A stretch of 63,974 nt of DNA, filler included, from an uncultured Myxococcia bacterium (GTDB taxonomy: Bacteria; CAZTWC01): the NCBI GenBank assembly GCA_964617105.1. It is 7 parts of 7 records of this genome, joined end to end, with 100 filler letters (N's around TTAATTAATTAA, not from the genome) between each part and the next. Parts side by side here need not be neighbours in the genome. Positions count along the whole stretch, not along the records: positions 18,855 to 28,177 come from CAZTWC010000141.1; positions 28,278 to 37,536 come from CAZTWC010000143.1; 5 more parts are not named here. One strand, 5' to 3'. The notes beneath the pieces are model-generated. The model was not told where the DNA came from and made no database searches. It saw only the letters and a list, made by a program, of their open reading frames with translations. The position numbers and the translations under genes were made by a program. Of the stretch, positions 18,855 to 29,643 are shown one piece after another (position 1 is the first letter of the stretch; each line of letters begins with the position of its first letter).

Positions 18855-20236
18855 AATTCCCTTTTGTAAAATTTAAACTTTATAACTCCAAGATTTCTAC
18901 CGCCATTTTTCCTCTCTTTTATCTCCATTGAAATTTTATAAGGCTGAACATAGTAATCTATATGTTCAAAGATCATTGTCCGCTTGATGCTATCTTCCAG
19001 CAAGGTCTCAATCTCCACTGCGCCAATACCATTGGACCAAAATTCAAGAAAAGCAACCATTTGGTTAATATCCTTTGAATTGGAAAAAAGCAATAATGCT
19101 CTCTTAGTGACAAACTGAATATATTCACTGGAGAGACGTCGCTTTTTCCGGTTTGATAAAGCCTCAATCGGATGCAGCACCTCCTGGTATCTCAATACTC
19201 TCAAAACCAGATAAATTGCTATTGAAAAAATAATTACCGCTAATCCTCGTTGATGATCACGCCCAAAAATAATCAATAGAGCCAATCCGGTCATTAGAAA
19301 AGAGAAGCCGTAAAGCAATAAAACCGCCCTTTTGTGGGAATACCCTAACTTTAGCAAACGATGGTGTAAATGATCCGCATCACCTAAAAACAGTGGTGAG
19401 CCGTTTAGAAACCTCCGTATAATAGCAAAAAGAGTATCAAAAATCGGCAATCCCAGGGCAATAATCGGAATAAAAAAGGAAAGGATTACATTATATTTTG
19501 TCGAAGTCCAGACACTTAAAACCGCCAAGCAATAACCGATCAACATGCTGCCATTGTCACCCAGAAATATCCTGGCCGGATTGAAATTAAAAACTAAAAA
19601 TGCCAACAGTGCACCTGACAATCCAATTATTAAATATAACATTAAATGATTTTGGCTAAGAAACGCGATAACTAAAAAGGGCAATGTAGCAATAAAGGCG
19701 GTTCCGGAGGCTAAACCATCCAGACCGTCAATTAAATTAAAGGCATTGATTATGCCAATATACCAAAAAAATGACACAACCCAGGCCAGGAATTTTAATT
19801 TTACCACTCCAACCAGAGGAATATCTATTTGTTCAATCAGAAAACCGTTGTTACACAACAAAAAAGTTGCCACTATTTGAAAAAGCAATTTATACCTTAT
19901 CCTGAGCCCAAATAGATCGTCTATTAGCCCGCAGGTGAATATGATCCCCATACCGATGAGGTAAACCAAAAACTTATGCTCCAACTCCGAAGTGAAGGAG
20001 AATAGAGTCTTGGTCAGTTGCGTATTATAATAATAGGCTGCCAATATACTAATAACATATCCCAAAAAAATGGAAATACCACCTATACGTGGAACCTCTA
20101 CAGTATTTATGTGACGGGGAGAGTTACAACTTCTAGACGAGTTTACTTTAAAATAGGATGGTATTTTACAGAGAGCTGGTGTAATCAGTAAAGTTATGAT
20201 AAAAGAGAGAACAAAAATAACAAAAATGGATAACAT
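18855..20236 (-). CDS. Undecaprenyl-phosphate GlcNAc-1-phosphate transferase, WecA/TagO (MraY family), 3' truncated
   Basis: 'PRIGG', 'GLIDD', 'NAFNLIDGLDGLA', 'NFNPARIFLGDNG', 'HLHHRL'. Confidence 0.9.
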
Positions 20237-20351
20237 AGTGGATTAACATCGCGAATAGAGAAAATTATTTTAGGCAGAATATATTATCTAACCAAATAAA
20301 AGTCAATCGGAATCATTATTCCAAACTAAAAGAAGCCAGGAAACTTAAGTT

Positions 20352-22681
20352 ATGCCAAACCAGGAACCAAAAGAATATATTATTGAAACAGAGCAAGATG
20401 ACTCTTTTAATCTTGAATCTATAAAAAATGCTTTAATTACTGTTCAAAAACACAAATGGCTGGTTTTATTTACCATGTTGCTGGTGCTAAGTGCTGTAAC
20501 CGTTTATGTTTTACGCCAGCAAAAGATATATAGAGCAGTGGCCAAAGTAATTATCGATCCCAGAAGCCCAGTGGTACTNNNNNNNNNNAAAGTAAGAGAG
20601 GTGATGAGTGATGCTACAAGTAGTTACTGGTCCAAAAAAGAGTACTATGAAACGCAATACAAAGTAATAGCCAGCCGCACAGTAATTAAAAACGCGGTTG
20701 AAAAACTACATTTGGGCCAGGACCTCAAGTTTCTTGGCCTGGATAAAATCGAAGACCCTAAAATACGTAAGGAAAAAATCAAAAAAGTTAACCCCATTGC
20801 AATTCTAGCCGGCCTCTTAACCGTGGAACCGATAAAAAAAAGTAGGCTGGTTCAAATAATAATCGACTATCACAATCCAGCCAAGGCTACTCTACTGGCC
20901 AATACTATTGCTGAATCATATATTGATTACAACCTGAAAAGAAAAACCGGATCTTCCAAAGATGCGGTGGCCTGGCTATCATTACAACTAGAAGATCTAA
21001 AGGCTAAACTGGAGCAGTCGGAACTGGATCTTTTTCTATTTAAAAAGAATAACAATCTGCTGGCAGTATCTCTTTCCAGTAACCAGAGTATTATTAGTAA
21101 AAAATTGATGCAATTGAACCAACAATTGAACGATATTGTCAATAAGAGGATACTTTTAACCGCCAGACGTAATCAATATAAACAATTTTTAAATGGCAAA
21201 ATTCAAGCCGATGAAATATTTGACACTAACAATCAACTTTCCAACAATACTTTAATAAATAAACTCAAGGGTGATTACATCTCTAAATATAATAAATACG
21301 TGGAAAATTCTGTAAAGTATATAGAGAGCCACCCTCTTATGAAGACTCTTAAAAAAAACATGCAGATCATTAAAGACAATCTACATACTGAGAACAAAAA
21401 ATATTATCAGGCCAAAGAGGCGGAATACAATGTTGTTCTCGAAACTGAAAAAGAGTTAAATAAATTAATTGCTATAACCAAGAAAAAAGCGATGGAGATC
21501 AACAAAAAAGAGATCGAGTATAATAAACTTATCCGGATTAAAACCACCAACAATAAACTCTATAGTATGGTCTTAAATCGCTTAAAAGAAACCGATCTTA
21601 CCGGCATGTTAAGATAATTCTTCTCTTTGGTTTTATATTATCTATCGGCATTGGAGTAGGATTAGCATTTGTAATTGAGTTTTTAGACAACACCATCAAA
21701 ACCCAGGAGGATATTGAAACCGGAGTAAAAATTCCCTTTTTAGGGATTATTCCTTCTATCTCTCCTGATGCGGGCAAAGGGGGATACTACTCTTATGGAG
21801 ACAGGCATAAATCTTCCCACTATGGTGGTAATTACGGCTATTCTGATAGCCGCCGGCGGAATAAATCAAAAGCGTCGAGTAAAAAGGACTCTGCTAACCC
21901 CAACCTAAAAGAGGCAAAAGAGTTAAGCCTGGAGGAGAAAAAGCCATTCAACCGCGATCTATATATCCATCTTCATCCCAAATCAACTATTGCCGAGTGC
22001 TGCCGCTCGATCAGAACCAATTTGCTGCTGATGTCCACTGACAAGCATTTGTCCAGGATCCTGGTGACCAGCGCCAGCCCGCAGGAAGGTAAAACCACCA
22101 CCGCGGTGAACATGGCGATCACCATGGCTCAAAGTGGTAGCAAGGTTATCCTGATCGATACCGATATGAGACGTCCCAGGATTCACAAGGCCTTTTCCAT
22201 GTCCAACGAATTTGGCATCACCTCATTGATGCTGGATGAAGTTGGGATGGATGTGGCGATAAAATCCACTGATGTGCCTAATTTGAGTGTGCTGCCCTGC
22301 GGCCCCATTCCACCCAATCCGGCCGAGTTGATCCACTCTCAAAAATTCAAGGAAGTTATCGATAAAATCAGCCAACATTATGACCGGATTGTTTTTGATT
22401 CTCCGCCGGTTATCGCTGTCACCGATTCGCTGATTCTCGGTAACCTGGTCGATGGGGTGGTAATGGTGATCAAGAGTGCTCAAACAACCCGTGAGGTGGT
22501 TCTGCGAGCCAAAAATCAACTTACTGGGGTCAATGTCAATATCTTTGGCGCTATCCTCAACGACCTTGATCTGGGCAGTAAGAAATACGGCTACTATTAC
22601 TACTATTACTATCGCCGCTATGGTTACTATTACGGCGAGAAAGATGAACAATCTGAAGTCAACCCTGTAAGTGCGGCCTGA
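20352..22681 (+). pseudogene. wzc: Wzc-type polysaccharide co-polymerase/tyrosine kinase, split by an apparent deletion plus frameshift near 21614
   Basis: First frame stops at 21617. A second frame open from 21614 encodes TM2 '…FLDNTIKT…PFLGIIP', Walker A 'SPQEGKTT', 'DTDMRRP', 'FDSPP' and the Tyr cluster. Confidence 0.85.
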
Positions 22682-22870
22682 TGCCCCTACCGACCGGATA
22701 TAACCTCCATAAGAGCAAAGTGGCCTGGCATGAATATCTGGGTATTTTATGGGGGGTGTTGACCGGGGCGATATGATTTAGAGCAGATTAAACTGCATAA
22801 AGATCCCCTTCGGCAATATTTTTGAAAAAAAATTAAGTTTTTATCGAGAATAAAAAGAGAGTTGGGCGAA

Positions 22871-23506
22871 TTAAGGGCTCGGCGATAACAATTCTGATAA
22901 ATCATCGATTATTTTGAGCTTTTTATCTTCAACGAATGCTCTCCAATTATCAAACTGAGTATATCCATACATAAAAATAAAATCGAATCCAAAAGTCACA
23001 CTTACCTGATAGTCAACCTTGCTATCGCCTATGAACAAGGTCTTGCCCTCCAGATTCATTTGGGTGACATTCTCCTCTTTGGTTTTTGGCCCGCCAAAAA
23101 TTGTCTGGAAATAACAGCTTAATCCCTTTTCTTCCAATATAGATTCAATTTCAGATTTTTGCCCCCCCGATAAGATGATAGGATGAAAGCCTTTTACCCT
23201 TAGTTTTGCTAAAAATCTTTCAGTTTTATTGGTTAGTTGAAGGGTGGCGATATCCTGTTTTAGAATCTTGCTATATTTCTCCATCACAAAATCATAATCT
23301 TTGCCGGAAAAATATTTGGCAATTTTGGGCTCTCGGGGAATCCCGTTATTGGTAGTAAAATATTCAACAAACTCAGACAAAGCCTGATCTTGGATCAGCC
23401 GGCCGGCTGCTTTGGTTATAGCTTTCTCCTTATAGTGATTGCTGTCCGCTATAACCCCATCGAAGTCCAGTATTATATTCTTATATGCTTTAAAATTTAT
23501 ATCCAT
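22871..23506 (-). CDS. HAD family hydrolase
   Basis: 'LDFDGVIADS', 'ILSG', 'FIGDSKVD'. Confidence 0.88.
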   Translation of the reverse strand: MDINFKAYKNIILDFDGVIADSNHYKEKAITKAAGRLIQDQALSEFVEYFTTNNGIPREPKIAKYFSGKDYDFVMEKYSKILKQDIATLQLTNKTERFLAKLRVKGFHPIILSGGQKSEIESILEEKGLSCYFQTIFGGPKTKEENVTQMNLEGKTLFIGDSKVDYQVSVTFGFDFIFMYGYTQFDNWRAFVEDKKLKIIDDLSELLSPSP

Positions 23507-23529
23507 ATCTTACCAACCTGATATCTATC

Positions 23530-23737
23530 CCTGAAATCAGCAAATGGTTAGAGAAAAAAGCGATAGAAACACCGCTTTTCGCTGCCGAATACAGAGGTAA
23601 TTGATGATTGATAATTATAGCATAATTAACAATGAACTGGCAAAAAAAACAGAAAAATGGTTTTGTCGGGCTCCGGTTCAGAGGTAGAAAGTAAACCGCT
23701 TTTTGCTGCCAAATCCCAAACAACTGCTGATTTCAGG
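23530..23737. mobile_element. Putative MITE-like element (13-bp terminal inverted repeats, internal 20-bp direct repeats)
   Basis: cctgaaatcagca…tgctgatttcagg. Internal repeats 23571-23590 and 23695-23714 match at 18/20. Confidence 0.5.
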
Positions 23738-23778
23738 ATTTAATTGACTTCCATTCCGGTTAACCCCATAATATTGGC

Positions 23779-24654
23779 ATGAATTTTTTTCATAGTCTAT
23801 TTTTAGCCATCATCCAGGGAGTGACTGAATTTCTGCCGGTTTCATCATCCGGGCATTTGGTTATGTTCCAGCATCTGCTCGATTTTCAGGGACCTCACCA
23901 ACTTTTCGATGTTATTCTCCATTTTGGCACTCTGCTCTCTATTCTAATCTATTATCGTATTGACCTTAAACTCTTCTGTGGCGATTGCTGCCAATATCTG
24001 TTTAAATTCAGACCCTTCCTTAGCACAACCCGATTTTCCCCCAAAAATAACCGACGCATGAAAGAAAACTTTCGCCTGATGCTGCAATTGGGGTTGGCCA
24101 CTTTTTGCACCTTTGGGGTGTTTTTATTTGGCAAACCGCTATTTGAAGCCCATTTTTCATCCCTAAAAGCGGTGGGATTTTTCTTTCTTATCACCGGCTG
24201 CCTGCTATTTTCCACTTTTTTTGCCTGGCGGCCTGAGATTAAAAAAAAATCTAAGCCTATAGGGTTTTTCTTGGCCGCTATAATCGGTCTTATTCAGGGC
24301 CTGGCCATCTTTCCGGGGATATCCCGTTCCGGCGTCACTATCTCCTTCGCTATACTTCTGGGTATCTCTCCTGAAAAAGGGGCAAAGTTCTCCTTTTTTC
24401 TGGCCATTCCAGCTATTTTAGGCGCTGTTGGCTATCAACTATTGAAAATTAACCGCGGACAGGTTAATCTGGAGAACAGTATAGATGGGCAAATACTGCT
24501 GATATGGCTGCTGTCAACCGCAGTGGCCGCTCTGGTGGGATTTTTGGCGCTTAAATACTTAATCGGTTTTCTTAAGGATGGCAAATTTTATCTTTTTTCC
24601 CTCTATATGTTTGGTATAGGCCATTTAACCCTGCTATGGGCGTTGTTTGGTTAG
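23779..24654 (+). CDS. uppP: Undecaprenyl-diphosphatase
   Basis: 'QGVTEFLPVSSSGHL', 'PGISRSG'. Confidence 0.95.
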   Translation: MNFFHSLFLAIIQGVTEFLPVSSSGHLVMFQHLLDFQGPHQLFDVILHFGTLLSILIYYRIDLKLFCGDCCQYLFKFRPFLSTTRFSPKNNRRMKENFRLMLQLGLATFCTFGVFLFGKPLFEAHFSSLKAVGFFFLITGCLLFSTFFAWRPEIKKKSKPIGFFLAAIIGLIQGLAIFPGISRSGVTISFAILLGISPEKGAKFSFFLAIPAILGAVGYQLLKINRGQVNLENSIDGQILLIWLLSTAVAALVGFLALKYLIGFLKDGKFYLFSLYMFGIGHLTLLWALFG

Positions 24655-24676
24655 TTATAAAGCAAAGGGTTATTCC

Positions 24677-25414
24677 ATGACATTAACCTCCAAAGATGTG
24701 CAATACCTTATCCAACAAGGTGAAAACAATAGCCACAAACTCTCATTATTAAAAAAATACCTGGCCGGAAACAAGAGTGGAGATCAGAGTGAAATTCAGA
24801 CCAGCCCGGTTAGCCAGGACAACCTGAGTCAGCCAGATAAAGAGTTGACCAGGGCAGCAGTGCTGATCCCTATTTTCAGCCCGAATAAACCAATGATAAG
24901 CCAAAACGATTCTCAAAATTCAATATCCGAATGCCCATCTTCCCCGGAGATGGAGAAAGATTACCACCTGATTTTCACTTTGCGCAGCAATACCGTGCGG
25001 GATCACAAGGGACAAATCTCCTTTCCCGGCGGGATTATCGAAAAAGAGGATAACTCCAAAATTGAAACCGCGCTCAGAGAAACCGAGGAAGAGTTGGGGA
25101 TTTCAGAAGATAATATAATGGTTCTGGGCAAAATGGAGGATCTGATCACCGTAACTGGATACCGGATTACCCCGGTGGTTGGAGAAGTGATGTTCCCCTT
25201 TGAAATGACGGTGAACCGGGCGGAGATCGACCAGGTGATCCAGGTTCCCCTTAACCATCTTTTGGACAAAAAAAATGTTGGGGAGATGATGATCGAGTAT
25301 GAAGGCAAGCCATACAATCTGGTCACCTTTCAATATAAAAAACATATTATCTGGGGAGCTACTGCCCGGATGCTAAAACGATTTTTACGTATCTGGCGGA
25401 AACTGCCAGAATGA
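24677..25414 (+). CDS. NUDIX CoA pyrophosphatase
   Basis: 'AAVLIP', 'H.GQISFPGG…TALRETEEELG', 'IWGATA'. Confidence 0.9.
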   Translation: MTLTSKDVQYLIQQGENNSHKLSLLKKYLAGNKSGDQSEIQTSPVSQDNLSQPDKELTRAAVLIPIFSPNKPMISQNDSQNSISECPSSPEMEKDYHLIFTLRSNTVRDHKGQISFPGGIIEKEDNSKIETALRETEEELGISEDNIMVLGKMEDLITVTGYRITPVVGEVMFPFEMTVNRAEIDQVIQVPLNHLLDKKNVGEMMIEYEGKPYNLVTFQYKKHIIWGATARMLKRFLRIWRKLPE

Positions 25415-25482
25415 GGAGATCAGAAGCAATAGACCGGGAAGTATAAAAATTTGGTAAAAATTTGCAATACGAGGATGAGATC

Positions 25483-26568
25483 ATGGATTTTTTTTCGATA
25501 ATAATGGCCGGTGGTAGGGGCAAGCGCTTTTGGCCCTCCAGCCGCCGGAAAACACCTAAGCAGTTTCTGCCTATTGATGGCCACCATAGCCTGCTAAAAA
25601 CAACCTTTTTACGGCTATCTAAAAAACAACCCATAGACAAAATCGTGGTGGCCGGCAACTACGAGCACCGGGAACATATATTTAAACACCTTCCAGAGTT
25701 AAAACCAGAGAACCTCTTTCTGGAGCCGGTTGGTAAAAATACTGCTGCCTGCATCGCCCTGGCCGCAGTAATGTTAAAGCATAGAGGTCATAAAGGAGTG
25801 ATGGCCATTATGCCATCGGACCACTATATCCAAGATGATGAGCGGTTTTTATACCTGTTGGAAAAGGGGGCGGAGATGGCGGACAAAGGATATGTTGTCA
25901 CCTTGGGTATTATGCCCAACCGGATCGAAACCGGATACGGTTATATCAACAAGTCTGCCTTTCAAATGAATATCGGTGAAATCCCGGTCTTTAACGTGGA
26001 AAGGTTTGTAGAAAAACCAGATTATCAATCCGCCCGGGAATTTGTAGAGAGCGAAGAATACTTTTGGAACAGTGGTATTTTTCTCTTTGAAGTGGATAAA
26101 ATCCTCCAATTGTTTGAACAATATATGCCTGAGGCCTCTAAAATTCTGCGAAAAATTGAGCATGAACTGAACCAGGGGATGAACACCGATGATACCTTAA
26201 AAGAGTATTATCCCCAATTACCCAATATCTCCATAGATTACGGAATAATGGAAAAAGTGGCCGCTTCCGGGGAGATGTGCGTGATTCCAGCCGATTTCGG
26301 CTGGTCAGATGTTGGCAGTTGGGCCAGTCTGTCAGAAATTATCGATAGTGATACTTTTGGCAATGTGGTGGTGGGCGAAACAGAACTTATAGATGTTAAC
26401 GGCTGTATTATCCACAGCCCCGGAAAAATGGTGGCCGCTATCGGGCTGGATGATATAGCTATAATCAACACCGATGATATACTGCTACTTTGCCCTTTGG
26501 AACGTTCTCAGGAGGTTAAAAAAATAGTGGAAGCCCTGGAGAAAAAAGGAAAGAAAAATTATTTGTAA
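25483..26568 (+). CDS. manC: Mannose-1-phosphate guanylyltransferase
   Basis: 'IMAGGRGKRFWPSSR..PKQFL', 'EPVGKNTA', 'FVEKP', 'WSDVGSW'. Confidence 0.93.
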   Translation: MDFFSIIMAGGRGKRFWPSSRRKTPKQFLPIDGHHSLLKTTFLRLSKKQPIDKIVVAGNYEHREHIFKHLPELKPENLFLEPVGKNTAACIALAAVMLKHRGHKGVMAIMPSDHYIQDDERFLYLLEKGAEMADKGYVVTLGIMPNRIETGYGYINKSAFQMNIGEIPVFNVERFVEKPDYQSAREFVESEEYFWNSGIFLFEVDKILQLFEQYMPEASKILRKIEHELNQGMNTDDTLKEYYPQLPNISIDYGIMEKVAASGEMCVIPADFGWSDVGSWASLSEIIDSDTFGNVVVGETELIDVNGCIIHSPGKMVAAIGLDDIAIINTDDILLLCPLERSQEVKKIVEALEKKGKKNYL

Positions 26569-26603
26569 CTAATGAATATCATTATGTGAAGGGTATTACT
26601 TTT

Positions 26604-27986
26604 ATGACAACTATCAATTCCCAAGTCTTTCGTGAATATGACATTAGAGGTGTGGTTGAGCAAGATTTCCCCGATGAGGTGGTTCTGCAACTGGGTAAGG
26701 CGGTGGGAACCTATCTGCAGCAACAGGGCAACCAAAAAATGGCTTTGGGCCGCGACTGCCGTCTCCATTCCGAACAGTTACATGATCTGCTTCTCCAGGG
26801 ATTGCTATCCACAGGTATGGAGATAATAGATTTGGGAGTGGTGCCAACTCCTTTGGTTTACTTCTCCCTTTTTCACCTGGATCTACAGGCTGCCGTGCAA
26901 ATTACCGGAAGTCACAACCCGCCCCAATACAATGGCTTTAAAATCTGCAGCGGCAAGAGCACCATTTTTGGCGCGGAGATCAAAAAAATCGAGCAAATAG
27001 CCAGAGATGGCAACTTTTGCCAGGGCAAAGGCTCCCTAAAATTGGCAGAGATTATTGAAATCTATCAACAGCGGGTGCTGGAGTTGATTGAAAAACCAGA
27101 TAAGAGTTTATCTATTGTGCTGGATGCCGGCAATGGCACTGGCGGCCTGGTGGCTGCGCCCCTTTTCCGGCAAATGGGACACCAGGTAGAGGAGTTGTTT
27201 TGCCAAATGGATGGAACTTTTCCCAACCACTTTCCCGACCCCACGGTGGAAGATAACCTGGCTGCGCTGAAAAAAAAGGTAAGGGATATGGGTGCAGATG
27301 TAGGTATCGCCTATGATGGAGATGCTGACCGAATAGGCGTGATTGATGACCAGGGGCAAGTAATCTGGGGTGACACCCTGATGCTGCTCTTTTCCAAAGA
27401 GATTCTAGCCCGAAAACCTGGCGCTACTATGATTGGTGAAGTTAAATGCTCCCAGGTGATGTATGACCAGGTAGAAAAACTGGGTGGTAAGGCTATTATG
27501 TGGCGCACAGGCCATTCGCTGATTAAAAGTAAGATGAAAGAGGTTAAAGCAGAATTAGCCGGAGAGATGAGCGGCCACATATTTTTTGCCGATCGTTACT
27601 ACGGTTTTGACGATGCCATTTACTCATCAGCCCGGCTGCTGGAAATTTTAGCCGCAACAGACCGCCCTCTATCCGATTTACTGGCGGATTTCCCCAGCCT
27701 CTTTTCCACTCCGGAGATCAGGATGGAGTGTCCGGAAGAGGAAAAGTTCATTCTGGTAGAAAAAGTAAAAGAGAGTTTTAAAGCGGAACGGGAAACCATT
27801 GATATTGATGGAGTGCGGGTTCTGTTTGAACAAGGGTGGGCTCTGGTGAGACCATCCAATACTCAGCCCTTGCTGGTTTTGAGATTTGAGGCTGAAACTA
27901 AAAAGGTTCTGAAGCAGATCCAGAGAATCATGGAAGATAAAATTGCCTTTTGCCGGGCGAATCTAAGTAACGGTAATAATGAATGA
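26604..27986 (+). CDS. Phosphomannomutase/phosphoglucomutase (AlgC-like)
   Basis: 'FREYDIRG', 'TGSHNP', 'DGDADR', 'GEMSGH', 'RPSNT'. Confidence 0.95.
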   Translation: MTTINSQVFREYDIRGVVEQDFPDEVVLQLGKAVGTYLQQQGNQKMALGRDCRLHSEQLHDLLLQGLLSTGMEIIDLGVVPTPLVYFSLFHLDLQAAVQITGSHNPPQYNGFKICSGKSTIFGAEIKKIEQIARDGNFCQGKGSLKLAEIIEIYQQRVLELIEKPDKSLSIVLDAGNGTGGLVAAPLFRQMGHQVEELFCQMDGTFPNHFPDPTVEDNLAALKKKVRDMGADVGIAYDGDADRIGVIDDQGQVIWGDTLMLLFSKEILARKPGATMIGEVKCSQVMYDQVEKLGGKAIMWRTGHSLIKSKMKEVKAELAGEMSGHIFFADRYYGFDDAIYSSARLLEILAATDRPLSDLLADFPSLFSTPEIRMECPEEEKFILVEKVKESFKAERETIDIDGVRVLFEQGWALVRPSNTQPLLVLRFEAETKKVLKQIQRIMEDKIAFCRANLSNGNNE

Positions 27987-28177
27987 ATAAAACTTTCAAG
28001 TATGTAATTGGAGCCGACCTGGGTGCCAGCAATATCCGGATGGGCATCTTCCAGATCAATGGAACCATGCTGGAGATGGTTAAGCAACAGATCAACACCC
28101 GGGACGGCGTTGAAAGTGTGGCCAATAGTATAGAACAGACCATAAAAACTGTGCTGGAAAAAGGGAAAATAAAACCG
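27983..28177 (+). CDS. ROK family kinase (glucokinase-like), 3' truncated
   Basis: 'IGADLGASNIR' N-terminal ROK motif. Confidence 0.7.
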
Positions 28178-28277
28178 NNNNNNNNNNNNNNNNNNNNNNN
28201 NNNNNNNNNNNNNNNNNNNNNTTAATTAATTAANNNNNNNNNNNNNNNNNNNNNNNNNNNNNNNNNNNNNNNNNNNN
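28178..28277. other. Artificial contig spacer
   Basis: N run with TTAATTAATTAA. Confidence 0.97.
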
Positions 28278-28753
28278 TTTTCGTCCTGGCCCGAATCTTT
28301 GGGCTTATTGCCCATGGCCATGATGGGTTTGGCGGCGCCGATATTGGTTCCAGGAGCCATGACGGCAATATTGGCTGCCATGGTGATGAATACGCCGGCA
28401 GAACCGGCATGGGCGCCAGATGGAGCCACATAAACGATGACAGGGATGGGGGCGTTGAGCATGGCCTTAACAATGTCTCTGGTGGCAGTAAGCAGGCCGC
28501 CCGGGGTATCCAACTTGATAATTAGACCCTGAAGATTCTCTTGAAGGGCCCACTGGATGCTGCTGATTAGGTAGTCGGCACTGCCGGGGTTGATACTCCC
28601 ATCGATTTCGATGAGCCCGAAGTTGCCGAGGCCCTCCTTGATTTCTCCTTTGGTTACAGATGTTGCTTGACAGGGTACTAGCGGTAATAGATAGATAATA
28701 GCGGCACAGATAAAATATTTAATCCACCAGGTTTGATTTTTTTTTATTAACAT
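28278..28753 (-). CDS. nfeD: NfeD-type membrane-bound serine protease, N-terminal part
   Basis: 'LDTPGG', 'YVAPSGAHAGSAG', 'MAPGTNIGAA'. Confidence 0.9.
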
Positions 28754-28764
28754 CGTTTCTACTC

Positions 28765-29631
28765 TTAGGTTGAATTGAAAAAACGCATCACCTGTTTTAC
28801 ATCCTCCCAGGTCATTTTTTTGTTTTCCGGCTTGCGCAGCAGGTAGGAGGGATGAAAAGTGGGCATCACCCTTATTTTACTATTTCGGGGATAATCATGG
28901 AAGCGTCCCCGTAGCATGGAGATCGGTTCCTTTGAATCCAACAGTATCTTGGTCGCCAGACTCCCTAAGGTGATAATCACTTTTGGTTGGATAATTTCTA
29001 TCTGTTGCCATAAAAAAGGAAGGCAAGTTGAAACTTCCTCCTGACTGGGCAGGCGGTTCCCGGGCGGGCGGCATTTAACTACATTGGTTATATATACTGC
29101 TTGACGCTTTATTTTCATAGCCACAATAATATTGTCCAATAATTTGCCTGCCCGTCCCACAAAGGGAAGGCCTCTTTGATCTTCATGTTGTCCCGGCGCT
29201 TCGCCGATAAACATCAATCTGGCATTTTCCGGTCCTTGCCCAAAAACAGTGTTAGTTTTGCTTTTGGCCAGAAGGCAGGCAGTACAATCGGTTACCCGGA
29301 TTTTTAAATTGTTCAGGTTGCTTTTGCGTAGGTTATCGATATCCACCACCGGCTGGTCTGAAAATATTTCGGCGAAATCGGTCATAGAGATGGTTTTTGG
29401 TTTGAGAGGAGAAGGCTTTTTGGGTAAATTAGATGTTTTAAAAGAGTTCGGTTTGGTGCCGGTTTTCAGAACCGTTTGGCGAAACTGCTTTAGTGCCGAG
29501 GTTATGGACTGAATTTTTTTGGCCAAATGAGGGGGAATATACTCCATTCCATAATCGGACAGGAGTTCAGCCTGGGAGAGTATTTTATTCAATAAATGGT
29601 ACTGTTTCCCATCCATCTGAGTTTTTTCCAT
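28765..29631 (-). CDS. Family 4 uracil-DNA glycosylase with N-terminal extension
   Basis: 'CTAC', 'IGEAPG..ED..G.PFVGRAG', 'VKCRPP', 'FHPSYLL'. Confidence 0.93.
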   Translation of the reverse strand: MEKTQMDGKQYHLLNKILSQAELLSDYGMEYIPPHLAKKIQSITSALKQFRQTVLKTGTKPNSFKTSNLPKKPSPLKPKTISMTDFAEIFSDQPVVDIDNLRKSNLNNLKIRVTDCTACLLAKSKTNTVFGQGPENARLMFIGEAPGQHEDQRGLPFVGRAGKLLDNIIVAMKIKRQAVYITNVVKCRPPGNRLPSQEEVSTCLPFLWQQIEIIQPKVIITLGSLATKILLDSKEPISMLRGRFHDYPRNSKIRVMPTFHPSYLLRKPENKKMTWEDVKQVMRFFNST

Positions 29632-29643
29632 CAAAATATAATT

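Noticed and set aside
22683-22770. Imperfect long hairpin after wzc
   Set aside because: Many mismatches. Most simply explained as a terminator region between convergent genes.
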